Counted from the stretch's first letter, positions 1 to 7,679 are shown. The stretch is 23,749 nucleotides of DNA from Nautiliaceae bacterium (GCA_039831155.1 JBDONT010000019.1:1-23749); one strand, 5' to 3'. Notes: generated by a model from the letters alone, not told the origin. Translations and numbers: made by a program.

Positions 1-71
1 AGAGTGATATTTGCAATGAAAAACTTGACGAGTTAAAAGAGAAAATTACTCAGTTGGTGTTTTTAGAATAA
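1..71 (+). CDS. 3' end of an unidentified gene entering from the left (partial)
   Basis: The frame starting at nt 3 reads SDICNEKLDELKEKITQLVFLE* with TAA at 69-71. It has coding-like composition, but the family is not recognisable. Confidence 0.5.
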   Translation, partial: SDICNEKLDELKEKITQLVFLE

Positions 72-100
72 AAGTAGCAAGAAAAGAAGCTGCTATCTTT
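71..100. terminator. Possible weak hairpin between convergent genes
   Basis: aaag-tagca (71-79) pairs with tgcta-t-cttt (91-100) and overlaps the stop of the small minus-strand gene. Confidence 0.3.
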
Positions 101-233
101 TTGAAGAGTTTTTAGCAGCTGCTCTTTGAGCTCTTGTGGCAAAGCTTCCTTTTGGAACTCTTCCTCCGTTTGCTTTTGCTGTTGCACTTTGAATTCTTGA
201 AGCCGCTTTTGATGTCATAGGTATTTTTGCCAT
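93..233 (-). CDS. 46-aa basic, Ala-rich small protein with an SMP (seed maturation protein/LEA)-like motif; not in the ORF track
   Basis: Manual translation gives MAKIPMTSKAASRIQSATAKANGGRVPKGSFATRAQRAAAKNSSKR*. AGGAGG RBS (239-244) lies 5 nt before the ATG, and TATAAT lies at 265-270 on the minus strand. The pattern MT.xAASRIQSA...GG.V.KGS.A.RAQ.AA.KN resembles the SMP repeat (PF04927-like, recognised by eye). Confidence 0.88.
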   Translation of the reverse strand: MAKIPMTSKAASRIQSATAKANGGRVPKGSFATRAQRAAAKNSSKR

Positions 234-264
234 TTTTTCCTCCTTTTTGTTTTTTGGGCAAGAA

Positions 265-270
265 ATTATA
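265..270 (-). promoter_or_regulatory. -10 box (TATAAT) for the small SMP-like gene
   Basis: attata on + reads TATAAT on -, about 30 nt upstream of the ATG at 233. Confidence 0.55.
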
Positions 271-301
271 AGAGCTTTTTTAATTTTAATATAGGAATTT
301 T

Positions 302-348
302 AAAGGACAAGAAAGTTAAAAATAATTTTACTCGCTTTCTTGTCTTTT
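302..348. promoter_or_regulatory. Inverted repeat, operator-like, in the divergent intergenic region
   Basis: Perfect 10-bp arms GACAAGAAAG (306-315) and CTTTCTTGTC (335-344) with a 19-nt spacer. The stem extends outward (aaa/ttt) and has an inner taaaa/tttta stem. An extra CAAGAAA half-site lies at 259-265. Confidence 0.6.
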
Positions 349-406
349 TCTTTTCCTATTTATATTTTATGATAATGGTTAAAATTCCGATAAAAAAGGA
401 GTCAAA

Positions 407-2251
407 ATGAAATGTGCTAAATGGATAAGTAATGAAGAAATTTTAGGAATTGTAGTAAAAATTTTGGATATCGAACCAGATAATAAAAGAATAGTTAATA
501 AAGATTTAGAAAGGTTTTTTAAATTTGAAAATATTTCCATATCAAAATATAAAGAAATTGAAGAGTATTTATTAAAAGAGATTTCTTCAAAATTAAAAAT
601 AGGATATATTGATTTAATTCATCTTTTAAATGTTTTAAATCAGATAAAAATTCATAATCCAACTCTTAATGTATCAAGAAAACAACTTGATTTTATTTTG
701 CTTTTTGATGTGATTATTCCATTTTTTATTTCGAAGGCTGATTATAAATTTTTAGAGATTTTGAAAAAATATATTAATAGCAAATCGCCTTTTGAAAAAT
801 TTTTAGATGATTATTTAGAGCTAAAAAAGAAATTAATAGAAGAAAAAGGAATTGATACTACTTATAAAAATTTAAAAAATTGGATAAATGGAAAAAATAT
901 CTCAAAATCCTCAGTTAATGAGATTTTAGAGTTAATTGATGAAGATAAGAAAGAGGAGTTTTTAATATCTTTGTGGGTTATGAGAGTAATAAATAATTTA
1001 AGAAATTATTTTGGAGAAAAGATATCAAAATTCATATTTTCTCATATTAATCTGCTAATAGATTTTGATTTTGCTATGAAAGATGAGAGGGATGGTTATA
1101 AAGCTATTTTAGAAAAGCTTAATTTAAAAAATTCTTGGATGTTAAGAGAGTATTTTTATAGATATATTGAAAGAAATGATTATGTTTTTGTAGGGTTTGA
1201 TGACTCGCGTGTAGATGAATTTTATGTTAATGAAATATTGATAAGAATAAAAGAGCTTTATAATTACAAAAGTATGGTAATTTTAGATGAAAATCAGTTT
1301 TTTTCTTTGATAGATGATTTCTTTTTTGTTGATTATATTAGATTAAATTTGGAAAAGCCTTTTAGTGAAGTTGATAAAAAAATTAAAGAAGTTTCAAAGT
1401 ATACAAAAATAGATAACGATATGATAATTTTGGATGAAATTTCAAGGTTAGGTAAAGAGGAGTTTATAAGTGAATTTTCAAAATTATATGAAAGTTTAGA
1501 AGATAAAAGTTATCCTTTGGCTCAATTTTTTATGGGAATTTATCTTGTTAAAAGAGGAAAGTTAAAAGAGGCATTAGAAAAATTTAAATTGGCTTTAAAT
1601 GGAGTTAATTGTATAGGTAGTAATATTTTAAAAGTAATTGAATTTGGATTAATGGTAAGTGCAAAACTTAACAATAAAAAACTCACAATAAATTTTAAAA
1701 ATAATAAGTCTGATTTTATTAAATTTTATTTTGAAGGGTATAGGTTAGGTGTTTTGGTTTATCCAAAAGATTTTAAACCTATTTTAAATGATTATAAATT
1801 GGAGTTTGAAAGAAGATATGGAAAATTAAAAACTTTAAAAGCAGGAAATAAAAATGTTTATTTTGGTTTGGTAGATGAAATTCAAAAAATAAAGCCTGAT
1901 TTAAAAAAACCTAATAAAAAAATAAAATTGCCTTATAAAAATTATAAAATTCATCAGCTTTTGCATTTTGCGGGAGAAGGGAGTTTTGAAGATGTAAAAA
2001 GATTGGTTGAAGCTGGGGCTGATGTTAATTGTGCGGATGAAGTAAGTAATTATACGGCTTTAATTGCCGCTCTTGAAAATCCACTTGATGAAGAGAGAAG
2101 AAAAATAGCTTTTTATTTAATAGATAAAATGGATAAAGATATAATAAAAAAAGAGTTGATTAAGAAGAAAAAAAGTGCTTTGGATTATGCTAAGGAATGG
2201 GGAGAAAGTGAAATAGTGGAAAAAATAAAAGAAAGACTTTCTAAGATTTAA
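407..2251 (+). CDS. 614-aa protein with C-terminal ankyrin repeats, a TPR-like helix pair and a possible Xre-type HTH segment
   Basis: Ankyrin motifs are QLLHFAGEGSFEDVKRLVEAGADVN, YTALIAALEN and KSALDYAKEWGESEIVEKI. The TPR-like segment is PLAQFFMGIYLVKRGKLKEALEKFKLAL and the HTH-like segment is TTYKNLKNWINGKNISKSSVNEI. An aaggag RBS precedes the ATG. Confidence 0.8.
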   Translation: MKCAKWISNEEILGIVVKILDIEPDNKRIVNKDLERFFKFENISISKYKEIEEYLLKEISSKLKIGYIDLIHLLNVLNQIKIHNPTLNVSRKQLDFILLFDVIIPFFISKADYKFLEILKKYINSKSPFEKFLDDYLELKKKLIEEKGIDTTYKNLKNWINGKNISKSSVNEILELIDEDKKEEFLISLWVMRVINNLRNYFGEKISKFIFSHINLLIDFDFAMKDERDGYKAILEKLNLKNSWMLREYFYRYIERNDYVFVGFDDSRVDEFYVNEILIRIKELYNYKSMVILDENQFFSLIDDFFFVDYIRLNLEKPFSEVDKKIKEVSKYTKIDNDMIILDEISRLGKEEFISEFSKLYESLEDKSYPLAQFFMGIYLVKRGKLKEALEKFKLALNGVNCIGSNILKVIEFGLMVSAKLNNKKLTINFKNNKSDFIKFYFEGYRLGVLVYPKDFKPILNDYKLEFERRYGKLKTLKAGNKNVYFGLVDEIQKIKPDLKKPNKKIKLPYKNYKIHQLLHFAGEGSFEDVKRLVEAGADVNCADEVSNYTALIAALENPLDEERRKIAFYLIDKMDKDIIKKELIKKKKSALDYAKEWGESEIVEKIKERLSKI

Positions 2252-2253
2252 TT

Positions 2254-2487
2254 ATGAAACTTACTAACATTACCGGAAGAGAACTTATGAAGATTTTAAA
2301 AAAGCTTGGGTTTTATTTTGATAGGCAAAATAGAGGAAATCACAGGATTTTTAAAAACCCTAAAGGAGAAATTGTCGTTATTCCTGCTTATAAGAAAAAA
2401 ATATTAAAGCCCGGGCTTTTAAAGGGAATTTTAAATCAGTTAAATATCAATAAGGATGAGTTTATGAAACTTAGGGATATGGTATAA
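2254..2487 (+). CDS. hicA: HicA (YcfA)-family type II toxin / mRNA interferase, with no adjacent hicB
   Basis: RELMKILKKLGF..RQNRGNHRIFKNPKGEIVVIP...LKPGLLKGILNQ matches the HicA consensus, including the catalytic G-x-H His. 77 aa, basic. Confidence 0.85.
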   Translation: MKLTNITGRELMKILKKLGFYFDRQNRGNHRIFKNPKGEIVVIPAYKKKILKPGLLKGILNQLNINKDEFMKLRDMV

Positions 2488-2488
2488 T
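2480..2488 (+). promoter_or_regulatory. Extended -10 promoter (TGGTATAAT) for hypE, overlapping the hicA stop
   Basis: Exact TGnTATAAT about 30 nt upstream of the hypE ATG. Confidence 0.6.
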
Positions 2489-2519
2489 TAAATAAAAGTG
2501 TTTTAGATAAAGGAATAAA

Positions 2520-3497
2520 ATGAAAATAACTTTAGCGTATGGTGGTGGAGGAGAAGAGACAAACAAGTTAATAAACGATTTGTTTTATAAATATTTTAAT
2601 AATGATATTTTAGTAAGTGCGGAAGATGCTGCGGTTATCGGCACAGATGGAAAAATTGCTTTTACTACCGATAGTTTTACGGTAAGTCCTTTGTTTTTTA
2701 ACGGAGGGGATATTGGAAAGCTTAGTATTGCTGGGACTTGTAATGATATTGCTATGATGGGAGGTAAGCCTGAATATTTAACTTGTGGGTTTATGATAGA
2801 AGAGGGGCTTGAATTTAATGAGCTTGAAAGAATAGTAAAGTCAATGGCTGATGAGCTTAAAAAAGTCGGGGCAAAAATTGTTGCCGGAGATACGAAAGTA
2901 GTTCCGGCCGGAAGTGTAGATAAGATTTTTATAAATACTTCCGGAATTGGAAAAATTGTAAAAGAAGGAATTAGTGCCCATAATTTAAAACCTGGCGATA
3001 AGATAATAGTTAGTCGTGATATTGGAAGACACGGAACTGTTATAATGGCTCACAGATACGGGGTTGATACAGATTTAAAGAGTGACTGTAAAGTTTTATG
3101 GGATGAGGTAAAAGCCCTTATTGATACGGGAATTGATATAAAAGCTATGCGTGATGCGACAAGAGGAGGGGTTAGTGCCGTTTTGAATGAATGGAGTAAG
3201 GCCAGTGGAGTAGGAATTGAAATTGAAGAAGAAAAGCTTCCTATTAGTGATGAAGTTATAGGGCTTTGTGAGATATTCGGGTTTGAGCCTATGGATTTGG
3301 CAAATGAAGGTACGTTTGTAGTTGCAGTTGATGCACAAGATGCTAAAAAAGCAGAGCAGGTATTAAAACAGTTTAACGATAAAGCTTCAATTATCGGGGA
3401 AGTAGTGGAGGGAAATAAAGTTGTCTTAACGTCTCCTTGGGGTTCTAAAAGATATATTGAACTACCAAAAGGAGAATTGTTGCCTAGAATTTGTTAA
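2520..3497 (+). CDS. hypE: Hydrogenase maturation carbamoyl dehydratase HypE
   Basis: N-terminal ITLAYGGGG, FTTDSFTVSPLFFNGGDIGKL, GDTKVV, MRDATRGG, ANEG and the diagnostic C-terminal PRIC. Confidence 0.97.
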   Translation: MKITLAYGGGGEETNKLINDLFYKYFNNDILVSAEDAAVIGTDGKIAFTTDSFTVSPLFFNGGDIGKLSIAGTCNDIAMMGGKPEYLTCGFMIEEGLEFNELERIVKSMADELKKVGAKIVAGDTKVVPAGSVDKIFINTSGIGKIVKEGISAHNLKPGDKIIVSRDIGRHGTVIMAHRYGVDTDLKSDCKVLWDEVKALIDTGIDIKAMRDATRGGVSAVLNEWSKASGVGIEIEEEKLPISDEVIGLCEIFGFEPMDLANEGTFVVAVDAQDAKKAEQVLKQFNDKASIIGEVVEGNKVVLTSPWGSKRYIELPKGELLPRIC

Positions 3498-3502
3498 ATT
3501 TT

Positions 3503-3511
3503 TGGTAAAAT
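3503..3511 (+). promoter_or_regulatory. Extended -10 (TGGTAAAAT) for ubiE
   Basis: TGnTAAAAT motif in the intergenic gap upstream of the RBS. Confidence 0.55.
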
Positions 3512-3541
3512 AGTATATGAATAATCATTTAGGAGTTGTGT

Positions 3542-4246
3542 GTGAGTAAACAGGAAGAAATTGTTAGTATGTTTGATTCTATTGCAAAGAGGTATGACTT
3601 TGTAAATAGAGTATTGACGTTCGGTATAGATAAAAGATGGAGAGAAAAGGCCATAAAAGATACTTTAGAACTTATCGACAAAAGAGAAGTTAAAATCTTA
3701 GATGTAGCGTGTGGAACGGGGGATATGATTGAGATTTGGCAAAACGAATCCAAAAAGAAAAATATAAAAGCGACTATTTGTGGATTAGACCCGAGTGTAG
3801 GAATGCTAGAGGTTGCTAAAAACAGATTTCCGGGGATTAAGTTTTATCACGCGTATGCAACTGAAATTCCTTGTAATAGTGAAAGTATTGACGGTATTAG
3901 TATTTCATTTGGTATTAGAAACGTAATAGAAATAAAAAAAGCGATAAAAGAGTTTTATAGAACGTTAAAAAACGGAGGAATTGTGCTTGTTTTGGAATTT
4001 GTAAAAGCAGATACCCCTAATAAGTTTAGAAAATGTGTGGATTTTTATTCTAATAAAGTTTTACCTAAAATTGGTGGAATTCTTAGCAAGAATAAAAAAG
4101 CGTATGAGTATCTTCCAAACTCTATAGAGAATTTTTATACTCCTAATGAACTTAGGCTTCTTTTTGAGAAAGAAGGATTTAAAACCCTTAAAATAGATAG
4201 TTTTAATTTCGGTCAGGTTGGGGTTTTTATATTTAAAAAGTCTTAA
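3542..4246 (+). CDS. ubiE: Demethylmenaquinone C-methyltransferase (UbiE/MenG family)
   Basis: MFDSIAKRYDFVNRVLTFGIDKRWR, SAM motif LDVACGTGD, ISFGIRNV, AYEYLPNSI. The start is more likely GTG at 3542 (AGGAG at 3531-3535) than TTG at 3536. Confidence 0.93.
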   Translation: MSKQEEIVSMFDSIAKRYDFVNRVLTFGIDKRWREKAIKDTLELIDKREVKILDVACGTGDMIEIWQNESKKKNIKATICGLDPSVGMLEVAKNRFPGIKFYHAYATEIPCNSESIDGISISFGIRNVIEIKKAIKEFYRTLKNGGIVLVLEFVKADTPNKFRKCVDFYSNKVLPKIGGILSKNKKAYEYLPNSIENFYTPNELRLLFEKEGFKTLKIDSFNFGQVGVFIFKKS

Positions 4247-4255
4247 CCCCCACCT
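4215..4255. terminator. Hairpin straddling the overlapping ubiE/thiS stop codons
   Basis: aggttggggtt (4215-4225) pairs with aacccccacct (4245-4255), 10 of 11 complementary. Confidence 0.45.
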
Positions 4256-4443
4256 ACAAAGTTTAAAGCCTCCACTTTGTCGTTTTCTTTTAGTACGAAT
4301 TTATCCCATTCGTCTTTTTTTACGATTTTCATATTAACAGCAACTGCCATAGTCTTATCAAGGACCTTAAGGTCCTCTAGGAGTTGTCTTATTGTTGTGT
4401 TTTCATTTATCTCTTTTTCAATTCCGTTTATTTTTATTTTCAT
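4243..4443 (-). CDS. thiS: Sulfur carrier protein ThiS
   Basis: 66 aa, MKIKING...AVAVN..IV.K..W....LKENDKVE..FVGGG with the C-terminal GG. Confidence 0.93.
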   Translation of the reverse strand: MKIKINGIEKEINENTTIRQLLEDLKVLDKTMAVAVNMKIVKKDEWDKFVLKENDKVEALNFVGGG

Positions 4444-4451
4444 AATCTTCC

Positions 4452-6425
4452 TTATAATGTAATCTCTTTTATATCTGCAATGTCAAGGAATTCTTTATAA
4501 ATTGAAGCTATTAGGCTTTTTCTGTTGTGTTTTATTTTTTCATCTTCCACATTTACCATTACATTATCGAAAAATCTATCGATAAGAGGTTTTAGAGATA
4601 CTAAAAAGTCAAGTTTTTCTTCAAGGTCATTAATTTCTTTTACTTTTTTAAACTCTTCCCATAACGCTTTTTCTTCATCTTTTTCAAATAATTTTTCGTC
4701 TACTTTAATCGAATTTAAATCGAAGTCTTTAACAATATTGGCAACTCTTTTGAAGGTGGTTGAGAGTTCTTTGAAGTCTTCTGAATTTACCATTTCGTTA
4801 ATTAGTTTTACTTTTTTGTCAATTTCTACTAAATTACTCTCACCCGTAGCAAGCACGCTTCTGATAACCGAAGGATTTACGTTATAGAATTTGTAAAGTC
4901 TTTCAAAAATAAACTCTATTAGCTGATTTGTGTCAAATTCTTTATAGTTTGATTTTAGTTCGTTTATAATTTCTTTTATTTCCAAAGGTATATTGTTTTC
5001 GTTTGTTATTTTGATTATGTAGTTTGCAGCACGTCTAAGTCCAAACGGGTCTTTGTTTCCTTTTGGAATTTTACCTATGCTAAACAGAGCCATTAGGGTA
5101 TCAAGGTTTCTTGCAATGTTTAAAAGGGCAGAGGTTTTATTTGTAGCAGTGTCGGAGTATTGTTCTTTAATAGCAGTTGCGATTTCTTCTTCAACTCCTT
5201 CTTTTTTTGCGTAATAATACCCCATAATTCCTTGAAGCTCGGTAAACTCATATACCATTTCTGTTAAAAGGTCTGCTTTTGCTAGATTTACGGCTTTTAG
5301 AAGTTTTTCTTTATCTGCTTTGAATTTATCTGCCAGAATTTGTGCTATTTTTTCTTCTCTTTTTACTTTATCGTATACGCTTCCAAGCCCGTCCATATAA
5401 ACGATATTTTTTAAACCTTCTATGCTAAGACCTCTTTTAAGGTCGTTTTCCCAGAAGAATAAAGCGTCACTTAGTCTGGCCCTTAGTACTTTTTCGTTAC
5501 CTGCTATAATTTTTGAAAAATCGTTTGTATAAGCGTTGCTTACTACTATAAAAGCGTTTGTAAGTTTATCGTCTTTATAAACCGGAAAATATCTTTGGTG
5601 TTCTTTCATAGATGTAATGATAACTTCCGGAGGAAGAACCAAAAACTCTTCGTCAAACTTTCCAGGAAGGGCTGTAGGGTATTCGGTAATTGCTACGATT
5701 TCAGCAAGTAAATCTTCGTCTATTTCAACTTTTATGTTTTCTTTTTCTTCAAGTGCCTTTATTTCTCTTAAGATTTTGGCTTTTCTTTCATCTTGATAGA
5801 GAATAACTCCGTGTTTGTCAAGTTTGCAGAAATATTCCCCTACGAATTCTATTTTTATATCTTCTTTGAAAATTCTATGAGGTTTTGTGATATTGGAGGA
5901 TTTCACACAATAAGAGTTAAACTCTATAACTTCGTCTTCCAGCATACATAATATCCATCTAACCGGTCTTATAAATTCAGCTTCACACTCTCCCCATTTC
6001 ATTGTTTTTCCGAAATTTAAAGAGTTTAGCCATTCGTTTATCATTTGAGGTAGAAGTTCTTTAGCTTCTTTTCCTTTTACTTTTTTTTGGAAATATAAAA
6101 ACTCTTTGTTGCCTTTTGTTTTAAATAAAACGTTTTGAGGTTCAATTCCACACTTTTTAGCAAAACTCTCAAGGGCTTTTGGGTTTTTTTGAGCTATTTC
6201 TTTTGGAGCTCCCCATATCTCTTCTACTTTGTCTTCTTGTTTGATAGGAAATTCTCTATGCCAAAGAGTTAAACGTCTAGGTGTGTAATAAAAACTGAAA
6301 TTTGTTTTTAAATCATATTTTTCCAAAATATCCAGCCATTTTTTTTCGATGTTCGGTAATTCTTTTAAAAGAGGGATAGCCGGTAACTCTTCAACTCCTA
6401 TTTCTATGAGTAGTGGTTTTAACAT
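4452..6425 (-). CDS. glyS: Glycyl-tRNA synthetase beta subunit
   Basis: LLIEIGVEELP, TPRRL, FIRPVRW, HQRYFPV, GNEKVLRARLSDA, EFTELQGIMG, DPFGLRRAA, FFDNVMV. The real start is probably ATG 6425 (or 6428) after an aagga RBS. The listed TTG at 6455 overlaps the -10 box. Confidence 0.97.
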   Translation of the reverse strand: MLKPLLIEIGVEELPAIPLLKELPNIEKKWLDILEKYDLKTNFSFYYTPRRLTLWHREFPIKQEDKVEEIWGAPKEIAQKNPKALESFAKKCGIEPQNVLFKTKGNKEFLYFQKKVKGKEAKELLPQMINEWLNSLNFGKTMKWGECEAEFIRPVRWILCMLEDEVIEFNSYCVKSSNITKPHRIFKEDIKIEFVGEYFCKLDKHGVILYQDERKAKILREIKALEEKENIKVEIDEDLLAEIVAITEYPTALPGKFDEEFLVLPPEVIITSMKEHQRYFPVYKDDKLTNAFIVVSNAYTNDFSKIIAGNEKVLRARLSDALFFWENDLKRGLSIEGLKNIVYMDGLGSVYDKVKREEKIAQILADKFKADKEKLLKAVNLAKADLLTEMVYEFTELQGIMGYYYAKKEGVEEEIATAIKEQYSDTATNKTSALLNIARNLDTLMALFSIGKIPKGNKDPFGLRRAANYIIKITNENNIPLEIKEIINELKSNYKEFDTNQLIEFIFERLYKFYNVNPSVIRSVLATGESNLVEIDKKVKLINEMVNSEDFKELSTTFKRVANIVKDFDLNSIKVDEKLFEKDEEKALWEEFKKVKEINDLEEKLDFLVSLKPLIDRFFDNVMVNVEDEKIKHNRKSLIASIYKEFLDIADIKEITL

Positions 6426-6445
6426 CATTTTCCTTTTTTTATGTA

Positions 6446-6467
6446 ATTTTATCAAATTTGGTATTAT
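6446..6467. promoter_or_regulatory. Back-to-back extended -10 boxes for glyS (-) and the FtsZ-C gene (+)
   Basis: TGATAAAAT on - (6446-6454) and TGGTATTAT on + (6459-6467). Confidence 0.5.
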
Positions 6468-6488
6468 TTAATTTAAAAAGGGGAAATT

Positions 6489-6839
6489 ATGATACTAAAA
6501 GAGATTTTAAAATCAGATGAAAACGATATAAATTTGGATTTTAACGATTTGGATTTGATATGTTCTCATTTAGGTTTTGCTTTTGTAAATAAAAAAAGAG
6601 GAAAACCGGATGATATATTAAAAACTCTTTTTCCTAAAAATATCTCTTCTTTTAAAGGGGCTTTGATTTATTTTAAAACCCACAGTGAGTTTCCGTTGCT
6701 GGAAATAGAACGTGTAGTTGGTAAGGTTTATGAACTGGGAAGTGAGGAGTCCGATATTATTTTTGGAAATTCAACGGACGATTCTTTAGACAAAGAAGAG
6801 ATGGAAGTTGTTTTAATTTTAAGTGGGATTGAGGGGTGA
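6489..6839 (+). CDS. Stand-alone FtsZ C-terminal (activation) domain-like protein
   Basis: ENDINLDFNDL resembles the FtsZ T7 loop (INxDFADV). It is followed by KGALIYF, FPLLEI and DIIFGNSTDDSL..EMEVVLILSGI, which resembles FtsZ NIIFG..D..L..EIRVTVIATG. There is no GGGTGTG N-domain. Confidence 0.75.
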   Translation: MILKEILKSDENDINLDFNDLDLICSHLGFAFVNKKRGKPDDILKTLFPKNISSFKGALIYFKTHSEFPLLEIERVVGKVYELGSEESDIIFGNSTDDSLDKEEMEVVLILSGIEG

Positions 6840-7598
6840 TTATTCATATTTACTTAATTTTTCTTTTAATTCTTTAATTTCCTCTTCTAACTCTTTTTTT
6901 CTCTCTTCATTTGCTTTGGTAAGGGCAGAGGCTATTATTCCAGCCGGTACGCTTACAATTCCTAAGCCCAAAATCAGTATAATAGCTGTAAATATTTTAC
7001 CTCCGACAGTTATTGGATATACATCTCCGTATCCTACTGTTGTAAGAGTGGCTACTGCCCACCACATTGAAGCAAATACGCTTGGGAAGTTTTGTGGTTG
7101 TGCCTGGTGTTCGAAAAAGTATATTCCCACTGCCGAAATATAAAATAAAACAAGCGTAAAAAAGAGGAATAAAAAAAACTCCTCTTTTGCTTCTTTGAGT
7201 GCTTTTTGAAAATGAATTATGCTTTTGTGGTATCTTCCCAGTTTAAAAAGTCTTAATATTCTAAATATTCTTAAAATTTTGAGTACCTGGGCGTCTGTTG
7301 CGAGAGATAAATAAAAAGGTAAAATGGATATTAAATCAATAATACCGTAAAAACTGAAAATATATTTTAGTTTGTTTTTGGCGACATATATTCTTAGGAT
7401 GTATTCGACTGTAAAAATTATAGTGGCTGTTATTTCTATAAAATCTAGGATTTGTTTGGTTGAAGAGGATAAATTAGGAATAGTTAAAATAGAAAAATTG
7501 AGGATAGAAACAATTACTACTATTTGGATAAAGATATTAAAAACTCTGCTTGGGGTAGAGTCGTTGTATTCTACTATTTGAGTTAGAAATTCTTTCAT
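6840..7598 (-). CDS. Voltage-gated potassium channel (6TM, KvAP/Ion_trans family)
   Basis: Selectivity filter TLTTVGYGD, pore helix SMWWAVAT, S4 LKILRIFRILRLFKLGRY, S3 IIDLISILPFY and a C-terminal coiled coil. Confidence 0.93.
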   Translation of the reverse strand: MKEFLTQIVEYNDSTPSRVFNIFIQIVVIVSILNFSILTIPNLSSSTKQILDFIEITATIIFTVEYILRIYVAKNKLKYIFSFYGIIDLISILPFYLSLATDAQVLKILRIFRILRLFKLGRYHKSIIHFQKALKEAKEEFFLFLFFTLVLFYISAVGIYFFEHQAQPQNFPSVFASMWWAVATLTTVGYGDVYPITVGGKIFTAIILILGLGIVSVPAGIIASALTKANEERKKELEEEIKELKEKLSKYE

Positions 7599-7650
7599 TT
7601 AATTCCTTTTTTAATATTATTTTAACAATTTTTTATATTTTTCTAAAATA

Positions 7651-7659
7651 TGGCATAAT
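7651..7659 (+). promoter_or_regulatory. Extended -10 (TGGCATAAT) for the DUF262 pair
   Basis: TGnCATAAT about 20 nt upstream of ATG 7680. Confidence 0.45.
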
Positions 7660-7679
7660 TTGTAAAAAAAAGGCAGATA

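Noticed and set aside
93-233. Secreted quorum-sensing propeptide (RRNPP/arbitrium type)
   Set aside because: It has no hydrophobic signal-peptide core, and the sequence is basic and Ala-rich throughout.
6426-6455. N-terminal extension MIKLHKKRK on GlyS
   Set aside because: This is an artefact of longest-ORF calling. The region holds the RBS and -10 box, and the family match begins at MLKPLLIEIG.
6489-6839. ftsZ pseudogene or true ftsZ
   Set aside because: There is no N-domain remnant upstream (glyS starts about 60 nt away), no ftsA context, and the ORF has its own expression signals. It is treated as a stand-alone domain gene.
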